Shown: positions 44,666 to 57,943 of the stretch, piece after piece
Layout of the letters: every line of letters begins with the position of its first letter
Numbering within the stretch: the first letter of the stretch is position 1
Assembly (NCBI GenBank): GCA_964187785.1
Contig: OZ076409.1
Location: forward strand, 65,660,001-65,724,000
Direction of reading: 5' to 3'
Length of the DNA stretch: 64,000 nt
DNA from: Amphiscolops sp. MND2022
Lineage: Eukaryota
Notes under the pieces: generated by a model
What the model saw: the letters and a program-made list of their open reading frames with translations, nothing else
What the model was told of the DNA's origin: nothing
Database searches by the model: none
Program-made: the position numbers and the translations under genes

Positions 44666-47600
44666 TCACTTGACATGATGATGTATGGAAGGATCAATGT
44701 CTTTCTTCGACTTCTTCTTTGGAGTCGTTTTACTACCACCAGCTTGCACGTTAGACTTCTTCGTCTTCTCGACCTGCTTCCCATCAGTACTCTTTTCACC
44801 AACTTTACTTCCACCACTTTTCCCTTTTCCACTAACAGAACTGGAACTACTCTGCACAACGGAACTACTACGAGACCCCTGCTCTGCCCGAGATAAACGA
44901 TTGACTCGATTACACTCCGTATAATGCTCATCACTGGATTGACGTCGCTTTGCCAAAAATTCTTTATACAGCTCGCAGAAAGATGCAATAAACGAGTCCA
45001 CACCGGCATCGCACAAATCTTTGCATACGTTAAAATCAGAGCCAATATAAAATAGCCCAGCTTCAGAAACAGCATCACGCATTAGGCCCATGGATGACTC
45101 AGTAAATAACGACTGCGGAGAATAACCGTCGCTCAAAACATACGATTGAACAACTCTGCAACACAGAAGAACACTTCCTTCAGCCTGTTTACAACTCGAC
45201 AGATCAAGAGTAAACGGAGGACTAACACGGTTGGGCTCACCGACAAGCAGACAACACAACTTGAAGACACGAAGTACATGTCGTCGTGACTGGAACCCAA
45301 AATCATCCAGCAAGTAGCGGCGAATGTCCGTGATAGAACTGGCAGAGCGCTCCAATCGACTATGCTGCCTGCGTTTCTCGATCACGTACGCACTATACTC
45401 ATCCACAGCAGCATTGCATTCTTCTCGAGATAAAGCGCCACACCTCACAAGACCATCACACAGCTCAGAAAACAAATCAAACGCACACTTATCGTCACCT
45501 TCTAACATCAGTTCAGGGCAGAAACTGCACAGACCCTTCGAAACAATGGAACGAGTGCTGGCACTCTCCACTAACAGAGTGACGAGGCGATCGATAAATT
45601 CTCTGCAGCGACCACGAAACTTTGGCATCTCGCTTGCTTTCGACGACAAAAGAGACTTCCCATAATCACAGTGAGCCAAGAACTCATCCATAGGTGCAAC
45701 AGGGAAACTTGCCGCCTTTTCCACGTCCATATATGCATCCCAATCGTGGATAGCTGGAAGACTTGATAACTGGCGCGTCTTCATCAACAAGCAGTATACG
45801 AAATTGCATAATTCACCATAGCCATGGAATGCATAATCGCTGCGGCTCTGTCTCAACTTCGGCAAATGAATATGGAAAGTATCCAGCATCAATTGCAACA
45901 GCCCAAAACGATACGGCACCAGTCCGTCCGAGATCACAGTTGAATCCATACCTCTCAACTAAACAACAACACAAAATAACTAAGTAGACGGAAAACAACA
46001 GATGACCAACGAGACGACCGTGAAGAACCCCCCGAAAAAAAAAAAGAAAAGAAAAAAAAAGAAAAAAAAATCATGCAACAAACTCACACTGTCGGCCTGA
46101 TCTTTCACATGAGGCAATCCGGTACACCGAATGAACAGGCGAATTGAAGGCCACAGGTCCACCAAATCAGTCAGAACCTCACGAAGATCCTGGAAGGCAA
46201 CGGAACCTTGACGAATGGCCTTGCGCAACAACACCTTGCCATCCGTCCAGTCCTCGTACACGGCGCTCTTTAGCCGTAAAATGACATAGTCCACCAAACT
46301 TGTCACCTCTACCATCCCGAAAACATCCTGATGTGCCTGACGCACACACTGTAAGAACACCTCCTCGGAAAACTGTTGATGCATAACAAGTCGTTTCCCA
46401 TCAGTACGATTGTCCTCTATCACTCGAAGAAGCACCGGACTAGCACCGCTGACACAAAAGGGAAGTCGCGCATTTTGCACACTATGGACGAACTGTGCCA
46501 AAGGAACCAACTCGGATTTGGGCATAGGCTGGTCCAAAACTTCCTGACCAATGCAGATTTTCCGCAGAGCATTATCCAACCAGCACACAACAAAGCATCG
46601 TTCCACATCCGCGTCTTTCTCATAGAACAGTGCATATTCATTACGCGTCCCGACTGCACTGAGAACCAAACGCAACACCCGAGGAGCAAGGCCACGACAC
46701 AGCAAGGACTGAAACAATATACAAATACCATGACTACAAAACCACACTACTACTACCCCCCCCTCCCGAAGAGAAAAAAAAAGAACAAAAAAAAACAAAA
46801 AAAAGGAAAAAGAGGGAACACGACACAGACAAAGCTCATGAACCCAAAGACCACAAAAATATGTAATACCCCTACTTACCACCGTCTCAGCACGACTCCA
46901 ATTCAGCTGATATTCGGGCGCCCTCTCACCCAAAGAAGCTCGGAAACACGCCCATAAACGTCGCAGCAACGTGAAATCGCCGCCACTCCGGAGCCACTCA
47001 CAGACGGCCGAGATCATGGTCATAAATGGGACCTTTGAATCAACTTGGGCATGTTTGGGCACCAAATCTTCTGGAAAGGGAAACCCCTCTGCCAAGTCCA
47101 CAAAAGGTTGAGCTTTGTATTCCGCAATCTGGGCGGCAGTCAGTTCCATAGGCTCCAACCATCTATTGTATACGGGCAACCCTGAATGGACTCTGTAGCG
47201 CACGTCACGAAACCAGTGCCCATCAGACGCGAAGTGACGTTTAAACTCGCCAGATCCTTGTGCCTTCATCCGCACATCTCGATTGCACACTCGACAAAAG
47301 AAGGACGTAGGCTCCCCGCACTTAGAGCCACTGACAAAGTTGGGATATGCGGGATGCAAAGATAGCATGCGTCTCTTCAAATGTTTGCGATTCCCATAAG
47401 TTCGCACTCGCCGCTGGCAGCGATCTCCAATCTTCTTCGACAACTTCGTGAAACCTGCAAACGACAACACAACCATCTATAAATATGACACACGATATTG
47501 CGACCCCAAAACCCCAACCACACCTAAACAACCCCCTATCAACTATGACATACTAACGGACCTGTCTCGATACTTTGTACTGCCCGAGTCTCCACCTCAG

Positions 47601-48556
47601 AAATCAGATGACGACCAAATTGCGCCAAGTCAATCGGACTCAACGGAGTATTGCCGGGGACAGCTAACACCTCCTCCTCCGCTTCTGGATCACCTATAAC
47701 AAACATCAAAACAATTAGGTGGAAACACTATGGAACCCCGAACCACTCTGAGAAACCCAACCAGAAGACTAAATTGAACAACCCCATACAAGCATTCTAC
47801 CAAACAAAGAGAAGAGAAAAGGAATGGATGAGGAAAAAGAGAAACAACTAACTGCTCCATCCCTCAGCCATAAGCTCCTGTAAACTAGGAGAATGACCAC
47901 CTTGACGTTGCGGTGGCGGAGTCGAAAACTTCACAGCCCGCTCACGAGAACAACTTGGCTCCATGACATCGAAAGTCACAGCTTCCACATCATTTCTTCC
48001 TCCTCCACTTTCTTTTGGGGAGGCCGGAACGGCCTCGCCTCCACGAGGCTCACTAGCAACAGCAGCATCTTGAAGCTGAGAACCAAATCCGGTGGCATCT
48101 CGCGAAACTCCAGTACTGACGTCGGGAGCCTCTAACAACGAAGAGGAACCAGGCTGGAAAGAAGCAGTATGTCCAGAACTAGCAAGAACAGTCGTCAGCA
48201 TAGCGTTGACAGAGGCAACCGGAAATGCCTCGGTAATGGAAGGGAGTCCCACGGGAACCAAAGAACGACTAGCCTCCGTATGGGAGCTAAGCCCGGGCAG
48301 CGCAATGGGTTGAGTTACTGAAAATCAAGATCTGGTTCAGACGCGTCAGAGTTACGGGTAAGACTATAAAAGGCTGATCACCAAAAACAATAGTCCTATT
48401 GCCCAGGAAGTCAGAAAGATTTTACCAACCCGAAGCAGAACGAGAAATATCGATGTCAGAGGGAACAACATCATCATCGGTGAAATTGAATGTTGTCTCG
48501 TTTCCACTGACGAACCCTGCACCAGTACCAGCAGGAGGACCAGAATCACCATCCAT
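44666..48556 (-). CDS. Antisense spliced gene of element C (~1070 aa, zinc-finger/hAT-transposase-like)
   Basis: Exons 48556-48430, 48317-47853, 47693-47562, 47454-46880, 46708-46088, 45958-44666 with GT-AG introns (112, 159, 107, 171, 129 nt) sum to 3213 nt in frame. The last three exons are homologous to A/B; the first three are predicted from splice signals and frame only. Confidence 0.75.
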
Positions 48557-49141
48557 CCAGAATAACAACTCAAGAAATCTAAAACAAAAGGAAAAATCAA
48601 GAAAAAAACTACGCAAAGCGAACGTAAAAGACAAGAAAAGGATCAACAGCATCATTTCTACAGGAAAGAAAATCATCTATGTTCCAATTTCCTTTTTCCC
48701 TTTAAAAGCCTATTATGGCATTGACGGAACAAAACGTTCCAAAAAGCATACGGATGAATAAAAGATTCATCAAGGAGCTCTGAAGAAAAGATGGCATTTT
48801 GAAAATTACGGAATATGAACGTAGAACATTTGAGAAAAATCAATGACGTCATCGCGTCATTAAACAGAAAGAAGAAAGAAGATAAAATTGGAAGATTTTC
48901 TATGAGTTTCAACCAATCACCGCGCAGATGAAAGAAATCTCTTTTCTTAACTCGGGACGCACCGGAACGAAAACGGAAAAACCGACCAATAGAATTTCGA
49001 TAAAAATTACGTAAGAAAGAATTTGAAACGGTCATTTGTCGTCCAATCTTCATAAAGCTCGACCAGCACAATTTTCTTAACGCACAATCGTCGCCAACAA
49101 GGAAAATCCTTGAAATAAAACAACCTGAAATTCTCAACAAG

Positions 49142-50014
49142 ATGAACGGCTATAGCTTGGTTATTGACATCTCTTCTGATGAGGAAAATAACCGTACGAG
49201 CACTCCGCTGAAAACGCTGCCACTGAATACGGTAGGAACTCTAAGTGACTCCTCAGTCGAAGTTTACCGCGGAAGTGACGCAGACTTAGAGTCTTCTTTT
49301 GGTTCCGATGTCTCCCCAAGGAAATTTGGGCCCACCCCCAAAAAGAAAAAGAAGTCCGGGCGGGTCACGTTCAATTTGTCAGCAGCCAATTCGGACACAG
49401 ATGACTACTACGAAGAGCCACCTTCCCCGCAGGAACAGTCCTCTCGGGCAGAAACCGCGTCCACTCCGAAAGGCAAAATTCCCTTGCTGGGAAATGAAAG
49501 AATACCGAATACGGTCAGGCTGAATGACCTAAATGAACCCCCGCTAGCTGACCTGGACGCACTGTACAACTTAGATTTAGAAGACCGTCAGTTCTCCGCA
49601 ACCGCCAGACGTGACCGTGGCCTGAAAGCAATGGAATGCCCCAGACAACCCCCATTCTTACTCCGCAAAAAGGAAAACGTTCCCCCTACGGAGGGAAAAG
49701 GAAAATGCAATTGCAGCTCGAGCAAGCCAAGTGGGCCACCCGAATTTTGTCCTGCAGTATGGGCGCAAATAGAAAAGGAAAGTCACGAAATGGAAGAAGA
49801 AGAAAAACTCATAGCCAAGATGAAGGAGGGCAGAGGTCTTGCTCGCGGCAGGCGGCTACACAACGGACGCCCCCCAATCATTATCCGAAAAGAGATCCCG
49901 CACTGCAACGCCCTACCCTTGTCTCTTGGTTCAAGAGGGGCCCTGTCACGACCCGCTCCCGGTCGTAATTTCTACTGCTGTAGCGGTATACCCGGCTTTG
50001 GAAGAGGCCGATGA
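49142..50014 (+). CDS. Accessory sense ORF of element C (290 aa), ends inside the 3' LTR
   Basis: Same position and orientation as the A/B accessory ORFs; LVIDISSDEE motif; basic PKKKKK cluster; otherwise little visible similarity to A/B. Confidence 0.7.
   Translation: MNGYSLVIDISSDEENNRTSTPLKTLPLNTVGTLSDSSVEVYRGSDADLESSFGSDVSPRKFGPTPKKKKKSGRVTFNLSAANSDTDDYYEEPPSPQEQSSRAETASTPKGKIPLLGNERIPNTVRLNDLNEPPLADLDALYNLDLEDRQFSATARRDRGLKAMECPRQPPFLLRKKENVPPTEGKGKCNCSSSKPSGPPEFCPAVWAQIEKESHEMEEEEKLIAKMKEGRGLARGRRLHNGRPPIIIRKEIPHCNALPLSLGSRGALSRPAPGRNFYCCSGIPGFGRGR
49933..49940 (+). other. Short polypurine tract of element C
   Basis: AAGAGGGG three nt upstream of the 3' LTR. Confidence 0.55.
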
Positions 50015-52284
50015 CAAGGCCGAGGTAAACCCTATTAAACTAATTTTAAACTAATCTAAATTCTACTTACAGTACAGCGAAATCGATTGCAGATAATTTT
50101 CCAAATACAAAACCTAGCGTAAACGTTACGGAACACTTTTCAGAAATGATTTTTAGCTAAAGCTTCCGGTCAATTATTCCACGCGCGTGACAAGATTTTT
50201 CATTTCCGGTATGATCTTCTGATTTTCTGCCATACTAATCTAAACACTAATATGAACATTTATAATTGGGATCATTCTTTCCGCTGGTCCACACTAAAAT
50301 GAAAACATTAAAATAAAATTCAATTCCGAGATTCCAACGGAATTCATACAATCTAAAATGAAAAGAAACAGACAAATAATAGAGCGGAATTGGTTTCCAG
50401 TGATGAAGTGGTTGTCAATATTCACTTAAAAGCACAGCCAAGTGATTTAGGCAAATATTTACAACGCTATGGCAACGCCAATCTACTGAGCTAATATTAG
50501 GAATTTTGCTTCTACGGACCAATAACGTCACTCTATTGATAGAACTATTCTTAGCTAAGCTGAATAGAAGCAATTTCGGTTGCCCCTAGCAACACCAATT
50601 GAAATAAGAGAGAGAGAATGAATTCACCTACGCACTCCGTTTTCTCTCCGCTTGGTCCGATAGCTGAGCTATGAGCAACCTTAATACGTACGGGACAGCT
50701 ACGGAGCGGATTGTAAAATTGTGTTCCGTTGTTCTGGCATAGATAGTCTTAATACGTAGCATCCACGGAGCGAATTGTAAAATCGTAAATGGAAAATACT
50801 GCTTTAAACGAAATCCAAACGAAGCCTTTTAAATCGATGCATTTGAAAAGATTTGAGGGTTATGATTTTACATAAGGAAAACTGTACTGTAAGGAAGAAT
50901 GACAGAGAATTGCAATGGTAATTTTATGTTCTGGATTTGTATCATTATAGTAGATCACTAAAACACGTTGACATTACGCCTTACTTAGTTTCTCTTTAAG
51001 GGAACAAATCCATTTGATTTACTATGGCATTCAATATATATTAATGATAATCCTAAAGTAGGACGTAAGGTCAACGCCAATTCATAGGCTCCAAGCCAGT
51101 AGTGACAGTTGTATTTCATGATAATGACAATCGGGCTAGTGATCAGACTTCGATTATGTTTTGATAAATCTCATGATTATCGTGCAAAGTGTTGAAGTTG
51201 CTTTCCGTTTATTATTACGAATATGTTGCGCTCATCTTTGTTGTATCTCGTTAAAGTCCCGTTTGGACTTAATTTGTGTTCAATGTAAACAATATAGCAT
51301 ACCATTAGCAGGTAATTCATATGTTTGGATTTGAGATTATAATTTCAGCATTGTTTGTTCCTCTATACCAAATTCCCATGTTTTTTCCTCCGCTTCCAAA
51401 TTGATTTATTCCGTCGTCGTTCCGTCATCATTTTTGAGTGTCATTCTGTTGCTTCGAATCTCAGTTTCCCAAATTGAAAGTTGACTAATTGTTCATGCCG
51501 GCGTGCTTACGCTGATGAAAATACAAGCTAGACTTTTATTTTACCGCAATTTTGAGACTCAAACAGGAAATGGGATTGCCTGAACAAAAATGATTTCAAC
51601 AAATTTTACGGAACGCTGACGCAACAAGGAATTTTGATGCCTGATTTTACGACGCGGGACTGAAATGATATGAATCATTAGCGCTTTTTGTTGAACAAAC
51701 CCGATTTTTGTGATACCTAGGAATTTTTAGGTGAGGAACAAATGATGCTGGGAAAGTATAAATATGTAGTACATACATGTAAAGTTAGTTAGTTGTGTTT
51801 TGCAAGTTGTAATAAACTTAAACTATTTCCGTTGTTCCAACGTTGAACAAAATCATCTTCGAAGAATTCACCTATTGCCGAAGAATCATTTTTTAACATT
51901 AAAAAATGACCACTAGAAGCCAGAAGAGGAAAGCTGTAGCTGAGTTAGTGTCAGGAGATTTTGAAGCTTCCTTAGCTGAAAATAACTCTACTGAAAACCT
52001 GATACCCAGTTCTAGTAAAAATCCTAGACTTGAACTTGAGAACCTGGAGGAAATAAAAACAGCTCTGAGAAAAGAAATAATGACTGATCTAGCAAAGATA
52101 TTAGCCGAAAACCAAAAGGAAATGCTTAAATTAATAGCACCAGCGAACAAGAAACGCCCAGTCAGTTCGAACATACAAGATTCTGATTCTGACCAAGAAA
52201 ACATTTCCGTAACGAGAACGTCCACTCCAGTCAAGACACAAACTGCGACTAGTTCTAAAACAACACCGGTTAATAGTCGTAACA
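49944..52284 (+). repeat. 3' LTR of element C (contains truncated gag copy 51906-52385)
   Basis: Direct repeat of 35860-38200 followed by TSD ATTAT. Confidence 0.96.
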
Positions 52285-52893
52285 ATTATTTACTATTTAC
52301 AGGGTTATGTGGATGGAGTCTGCCAGCGATATCTACAATTACTTATTTATTTCGAAAATGTACCATTTTACAAATTATTTCATGATTTTCCAAGATTTCA
52401 TTAATTTCAAGGTCATTTTACATTAGTCCTTATATGGAATTACGACCTTGGGGGGCCATTTTTATTCAGAAAGGATCGTGCTGCATTCCTATTGGCTAAT
52501 CAAGATTGCTGGGGGACGGCGTGGCTGACTGCCATAGCTTACCCTCTTGAAACCTTTAAGTGCTCGATGAGTGTTAATAAACACTTGAAGCGGCACTCTT
52601 AATATGGAGGTGTTGACAAAACTGATGTAAGCCAACAAGGCCGTTGTCGGCGTTATCAAAGAAGGCAAGACGGATAGATGAAAGATATTACCAAGATGGA
52701 ATTTGTTATTGAAAATTTATCCTTCTTAGGAGACGTAAAACCCCGGGAAACTGAGACGAAAACTCCCGCTAGTCGACGGAAGGGAAGGCCGCCATTGTTC
52801 TACAATCATTCACAACAACCAGTTGGCTATTTGAAATAAAACTCAAAAAACTTCTAAAAAGAAATCTCTCCGAAAATTGCAAAGAAAATAATT

Positions 52894-53730
52894 ATGGACA
52901 AATTCCTATCAAGCCATTTCGACTCAGAGTCCCCCGAGTACTTCCCTGAAGACTTTCTGGGTGCAGCCCCAGGAGACGGAATAATTTGCATATCCAGTGA
53001 TGATGAAATGGAATGTGTGAGCAGCGCTTCAGTAGACGACCTAGAATCTCTATCCGACGATGATGAAGTGGCTCTACTGGCGGAATGCGTAGAAAGACAA
53101 ATGGAACTCCCATTAGCCTCAGAAAGCATTCCGGTGCCCTCCTGTTCAAACCAGCAGGGAGAAGATCGCTCCGGGACCCCCAGGCTCTCATACATCCCTG
53201 GACCAATGTTCGATGCTGGATACTTTGATCTAGGAATGGGGAGAGGGCCAGTCGCAAGGGACCCAAGGCTCAAAAACGATCATCCGATTAATATTTGCAG
53301 CCAATTAATTCCAATGGTGGACACGCCAAAGTCACCCCCTGCTGTGGATAAATACCCTACAGGCGACTGGAGGGCAATGGTAGAGCCCTCTACTAGTAAC
53401 AAGCAACAATGCCCAAGTAGAATACACTTTAAAGGCCCTAGCGACGACAATCCCTACATCACTGGCTGCACAGACTGCCTCATCTGCGGAAAATCCGTAG
53501 AACAGATTCAAGATGAAGCAGTGATTGACTACATGCACAAGACGGCTGTCCGAGGGGAGTCCCCAGAACAATTCAATGCCAGAAGACTAGCGTTCTTAGA
53601 AGGAATGAAGGTGGGCTGTTTCATGCTAATCCCAGGGGGAGTGTCCCAGGCGTCCGCCTGTGATGGCAACTTGTATTCTATTTGCCACAACTACCAAAAA
53701 GCTCTACCCAACACGATCCATTTAAATTGA
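52894..53730 (+). CDS. Accessory sense ORF of element B (278 aa), ends inside the 3' LTR
   Basis: Homologous to A 16223-17005; IICISSDDE and CTDCLICG motifs. Confidence 0.8.
   Translation: MDKFLSSHFDSESPEYFPEDFLGAAPGDGIICISSDDEMECVSSASVDDLESLSDDDEVALLAECVERQMELPLASESIPVPSCSNQQGEDRSGTPRLSYIPGPMFDAGYFDLGMGRGPVARDPRLKNDHPINICSQLIPMVDTPKSPPAVDKYPTGDWRAMVEPSTSNKQQCPSRIHFKGPSDDNPYITGCTDCLICGKSVEQIQDEAVIDYMHKTAVRGESPEQFNARRLAFLEGMKVGCFMLIPGGVSQASACDGNLYSICHNYQKALPNTIHLN
53634..53641 (+). other. Short polypurine tract of element B
   Basis: AGGGGGAG immediately upstream of the 3' LTR TG. Confidence 0.6.
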
Positions 53731-55149
53731 AACTTTTTAAATGAACTGCATTTGTATCTCAAAAGTCATGTAATTTATTTATTCTGAATACAAAATATCA
53801 TGTAGTGATGATTTAATATTATGTAATACCGGCGCTAATTTGTACGTTGCTAGTAGATTGGACACCAAGGCGTACAGGTAGAGGAAACGCGTTCAAATGT
53901 TTTCTCGCCTGTCGCCTTGGTCTACCGGTCCAATTAACTCGCTAGCCAATCACAGTGCAGTACTTTCTTTATTCGGTGCTGTATTATGCTGCTAGATTAA
54001 AGGGACTGAGCGGCCATATGCCGCCAGTCAACAATATCTCGGTCCACTCATGTCGATTGGACGCTGAGGCCGTTTTTGGAATTAAAGGCGCTTGCTGGAA
54101 AGTGCTATGAATTACATAATAACCGGTGCTTTACTGTCTTATTTAGTGAATTATCAGTCCTTAGAGGACATGTAATCTGTGCTTAATAGTGCGCCATCAA
54201 TGCCTTTGATATATTTCATGCAATTAGAAAATGTTGAAATACATGTAGTTTATTGCGTTCATACATGTATGTCGTTGCTTGTCCGCATGGACCTTCAGTC
54301 TTCCCGCCACAATAACTGTCGGGAAAGGCCTTTTGATCTATGATGATGTCACTAGTTAACCGTTGCTATATTTAGAACTGTTGCTATTTTTAGAAGCCCT
54401 TAAGGCTATTATTAGAAAATGATGATCAATATTATGCGTGTCATGTAGTTTGTTATATATATATAGCGGAGACATTTAGTCCCGGGACACAAGAAGTTTG
54501 ACCTTACTACATGCTTGTTACTTGATACTGAGTAATCTCACACTGAATTTGCAAGCCTGAGAACTTAATTTAAATTCTTACCTCTTGCAATAATCTCTTA
54601 TGCCTTCTACTAGACGACAAAAAGCGAAAGCTAGGAAATCTAGGGAAATGGACATGATGTCCGACTTTGAAAACTTAGATGTGATGCTGGGAAATAACAA
54701 TAATAATCCCATAGAAAGAGAATTAGCTGAAGCTATAGATCAGTCGTCGGCCCATGGGGACGCTGATACACACACGTACCTAGAAAATGAATATAGAGAT
54801 TATCAGCATGAAAATGATGTACTGAGACAAAATGAAATCAAGCACTCCTTTGAAACATTCTCGAAAGAGTTTAATCTCAGATTGTCTCAAGAAATGGATT
54901 CTATGATGTCAATGATGCATAATCAAATAAATAGAGCTGTCACAACAGCTATAAATGAAAGAGTCATTCCAGAGATCCAAAACATTGCTAGTTCCATGTC
55001 CTCTGCTGGGCACAGGGACACTGAGGCCAGTTCGTCCCCGAATAGCCAGGAAAACAGGGAAAGCGTATCTGGGCCTAAAATAAAAATTGCAAAGAAGGAT
55101 TCACGATCTGTAGGAGATCTAAGAGAGACCCTAGGTCAGAGTTCTCACA
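53642..55149 (+). repeat. 3' LTR of element B (1508 bp; contains truncated gag copy 54600-55154)
   Basis: Direct repeat of 20293-21720 followed by TSD TATAG. Confidence 0.95.
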
Positions 55150-57210
55150 TATAGAAATTAACATGAGATTTAGTTGAAAACCAATGTTAACTTGATTTCC
55201 TTGATTAAAGACGACTTATTTCTTCAGATTTTTTCTGTTGGGCTCAATTTATTCGAGAAAAAGAATGGTTGTTGTTCGGATTGAAGTAATAACTAGATTC
55301 ATTCAATTTTCCTTGTCTGATTATAGCTAATCAAGTTTAACTGTATGCGAATAAATTTCTAGGGTAAGCGAAGATAGAAGGTTACCCACAATTTGTCATG
55401 TGAAAAAACGTTTATGAGAAACATTTTACTTGCGATTGCCAAATCTAATCCTTCTGTGTGATATGAGCGCAGTGTATTTTGCTATCAAATTGATTTTCGT
55501 GTCGAGGCAGTCACATTTTTCTCATAACAGTCAAATTTCTATGTCATGGCACCGCTTGGCATTTCTTTTATCAAATTTTCAGGTATATAAATTGCGCTAA
55601 GCACCCCTGTGTCCATGAAAACTACAAGCAAAATTAATAAAGTCTGGATATTCTCCGCCTACCTTCGAAAAAATCGGTGAACAAAATTGATCGGTTGTCG
55701 GATTTGATCCCTCAACATTTGGTTTCTTCATGAAGTTAATGTAGTCACAGACTAGCACACGTCCTTATTGATACACGTGCGATTTGTTGTAGTCAAATGG
55801 ACGTTTCGTCTTGAAAAACGGTTATTACTGATAAAGTGTTAGATTTGAAGGTGTGCGTTCATTTCAGCACACTTCCATTTCACCCCATATCATTGCACCG
55901 TATATGATTTCACCCACGATGGCGATATTTTTCGTTTGATGACTTTAAAAATATTTTTACAATATACTGTGTGTTAGATCTATCTCCCAGTGAGTAATTG
56001 AGCAACCTCTAAACACTCTCTTGAAGTGAAACCTACAAATTGTTCAACTGTTTTCATGTTTCTCATCAAAGCTTTCAAGCGTCTTTTATTCTAAATCACT
56101 CTCCATTTTCGCTGTTTGTTTTCTGCGTGTTTCTTCACAACTACTTTCAAATGAGCCAGACTTTATTGTGAAAGGAAATTAAGAGCGAAAATTTAGTTTA
56201 CTTAAGTATTCCAGCGACCTCTTTTGTCTCTTATTTCATAAACACAGAACCTTAAAGCAACCCAGATAAAATCTTTGGTACGTGAGTTTATAGGGTAGTC
56301 TTTAGTATACCGTACGGGATGAGTCTATATGGTAAAGTGATGAAATAAACAATTCAGGGGACTATCTTTATTAGGAAATGACAAACAAGGTTGGATGGGT
56401 GGTTTCAAAATGACAGGGGGGATGAGAGAATCTACACTTGTAGAACTGAGACCAACATTCACCAGGTGCAAATTGAATTCCTTTTTAAGGGTCAGCAGAA
56501 AACACTGCATGTATGTCAGGAGTAAATAACAATGGCGCTATTGTTTTGAGTTTAAGATTCGGGCCTGTAAGGTCGGCAAGATCAAACAGGCTCTGGCCCG
56601 AACTTCAAAGAATTCGGTGGTGAGAAGAAATGTTAAACTTCCGGATCTTTTTAGCACAAAAAAATGAAACTCAGGAAATTCAATTATTCCGAAAGATTAT
56701 TTTAGAAACGACCATTTTCACGAAAAGGTCAATTGATATAACGAAACTGCAAATATGCAATTTCAAACGCGTTTTCACTCAAAAGGTGTCTAAATTTCAA
56801 GTGGATTAGTTTTCTATGGAATTTTAAATCATTGCAAACTATTACAGTGGCAAGTTTTTGTTCTCTTTTTTTGTCAGACGACAATCTCACATTGAATAGT
56901 CCATTTTTTGTAAAAAGCAGACACTCTTACGGAGACCATGACCCAACCCCGAATATCCAAATTTTTACGTTATTTCCAGAGTAATATGCGTTTTACTGAA
57001 GAGGAGACCGATATTTGAAAAAAGCGCTATCGTGTCGTCCAGCACGCTATATCCGAAGTTTTGACGTTATATTCTAAGTAAGCTGCGTTCTACTAATGAG
57101 GAAGCGGTGGTTCGAAAATATTGCGCCATACCCGAATTTTGCGTTTTTTGAGACAAAAGAACTAACGCATTTCCGTAAGCATTTCTATAAGTTAATTTAG
57201 TACCATCTTA

Positions 57211-57943
57211 GTGCCACTTGGCCTAGGGTTTAACTGAGATTTGCAGGCCTGGTGATGGGGTTTGAGAAGCAGGAGTTCGTGGGTTCGAGTGTCACTGAAC
57301 AAAAATTTTTTATTTTGCAAATGTAGAAGGGAGACCCTCTTTGGAATTTTTCAACACTAGGCGACTTTTTGCACATTTTTTCAACTGAAATGCCCTTTTT
57401 AGTCGGCGCATTTTAGTAGAAAATGTGCCCGACTATTACAGTGGGTAGTTTTTTTTAGACACGAAAGGTCCACTTTTTTGTTCATTTGTTCAACAACCTC
57501 AAACCTCAACAACTTCAAACCTCAACAACTCCAACCTCAGAAGCGCGTCCAAAACGAAAAGAAAAACAAAAGAGACGTCCACAACCTCGAAAACACACTA
57601 AATATCCCACCTTAGCCCCACTGTTTTTCGGCACCATGCGACTTTTTTTGAAGTTTTTTGGATTGCACCAGAGGGTCCCCCCTTCATTTGTTTCAATATT
57701 TTGCAACACAATGGATGTCAAAAGATCGCAAAGGGTCCCCCCTTTTACATTTTTCGGCACTGTGACACTGTTCAAAAGTCTCATTTAAAATTTTTTTTTC
57801 GGAAATTTTTTCATATCTCCAAAGGGTCCCCCCTTCAATTTTTTCAACTTTTTGCAACCAGCTGGAGATTCACAAAGCCCGAAGGGTCCCCCTTATAATT
57901 TTGAGCCTTAGATATGGCGCCGACTTTGGCCGTTCTCAGCTTG
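57211..57943 (+). mobile_element. SINE-like repeat(s): tRNA-like head (57211-57295) plus body homologous to 458-1040
   Basis: gccacttggcctag...gagaagcaggagttcgtgggttcgag (B-box GGTTCGA), similar to 61614-61700; family 3' end at 57901-57943. Confidence 0.6.

Larger units (their letters stand above)
35860..52284 (+). mobile_element. Ty3/Gypsy LTR retrotransposon, element C (16,425 bp), nested in B; more divergent family
   Basis: 2341-bp LTRs TGTCACGAC...GTCGTAACA; TSD ATTAT (35855-35859, 52285-52289); PBS; intact gag and pol. Confidence 0.97.
20293..55149 (+). mobile_element. Ty3/Gypsy LTR retrotransposon, element B (~15.4 kb excluding nested C and the internal duplication; defective)
   Basis: LTRs 20293-21720 and 53642-55149; TSD TATAG (20288-20292, 55150-55154); PBS; gag/pol closely related to A. 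Confidence 0.96.

Noticed and set aside
45980..47476. 498-aa ORF as a membrane protein with poly-Phe segments
   Set aside because: The Phe-rich stretches are translated T-rich introns (46879-46709, in frame, and 46087-45959)
56325..56520. Possible host exon (AG...GT bounded, one open frame)
   Set aside because: No recognisable protein similarity or partner exons; cannot be supported from sequence alone
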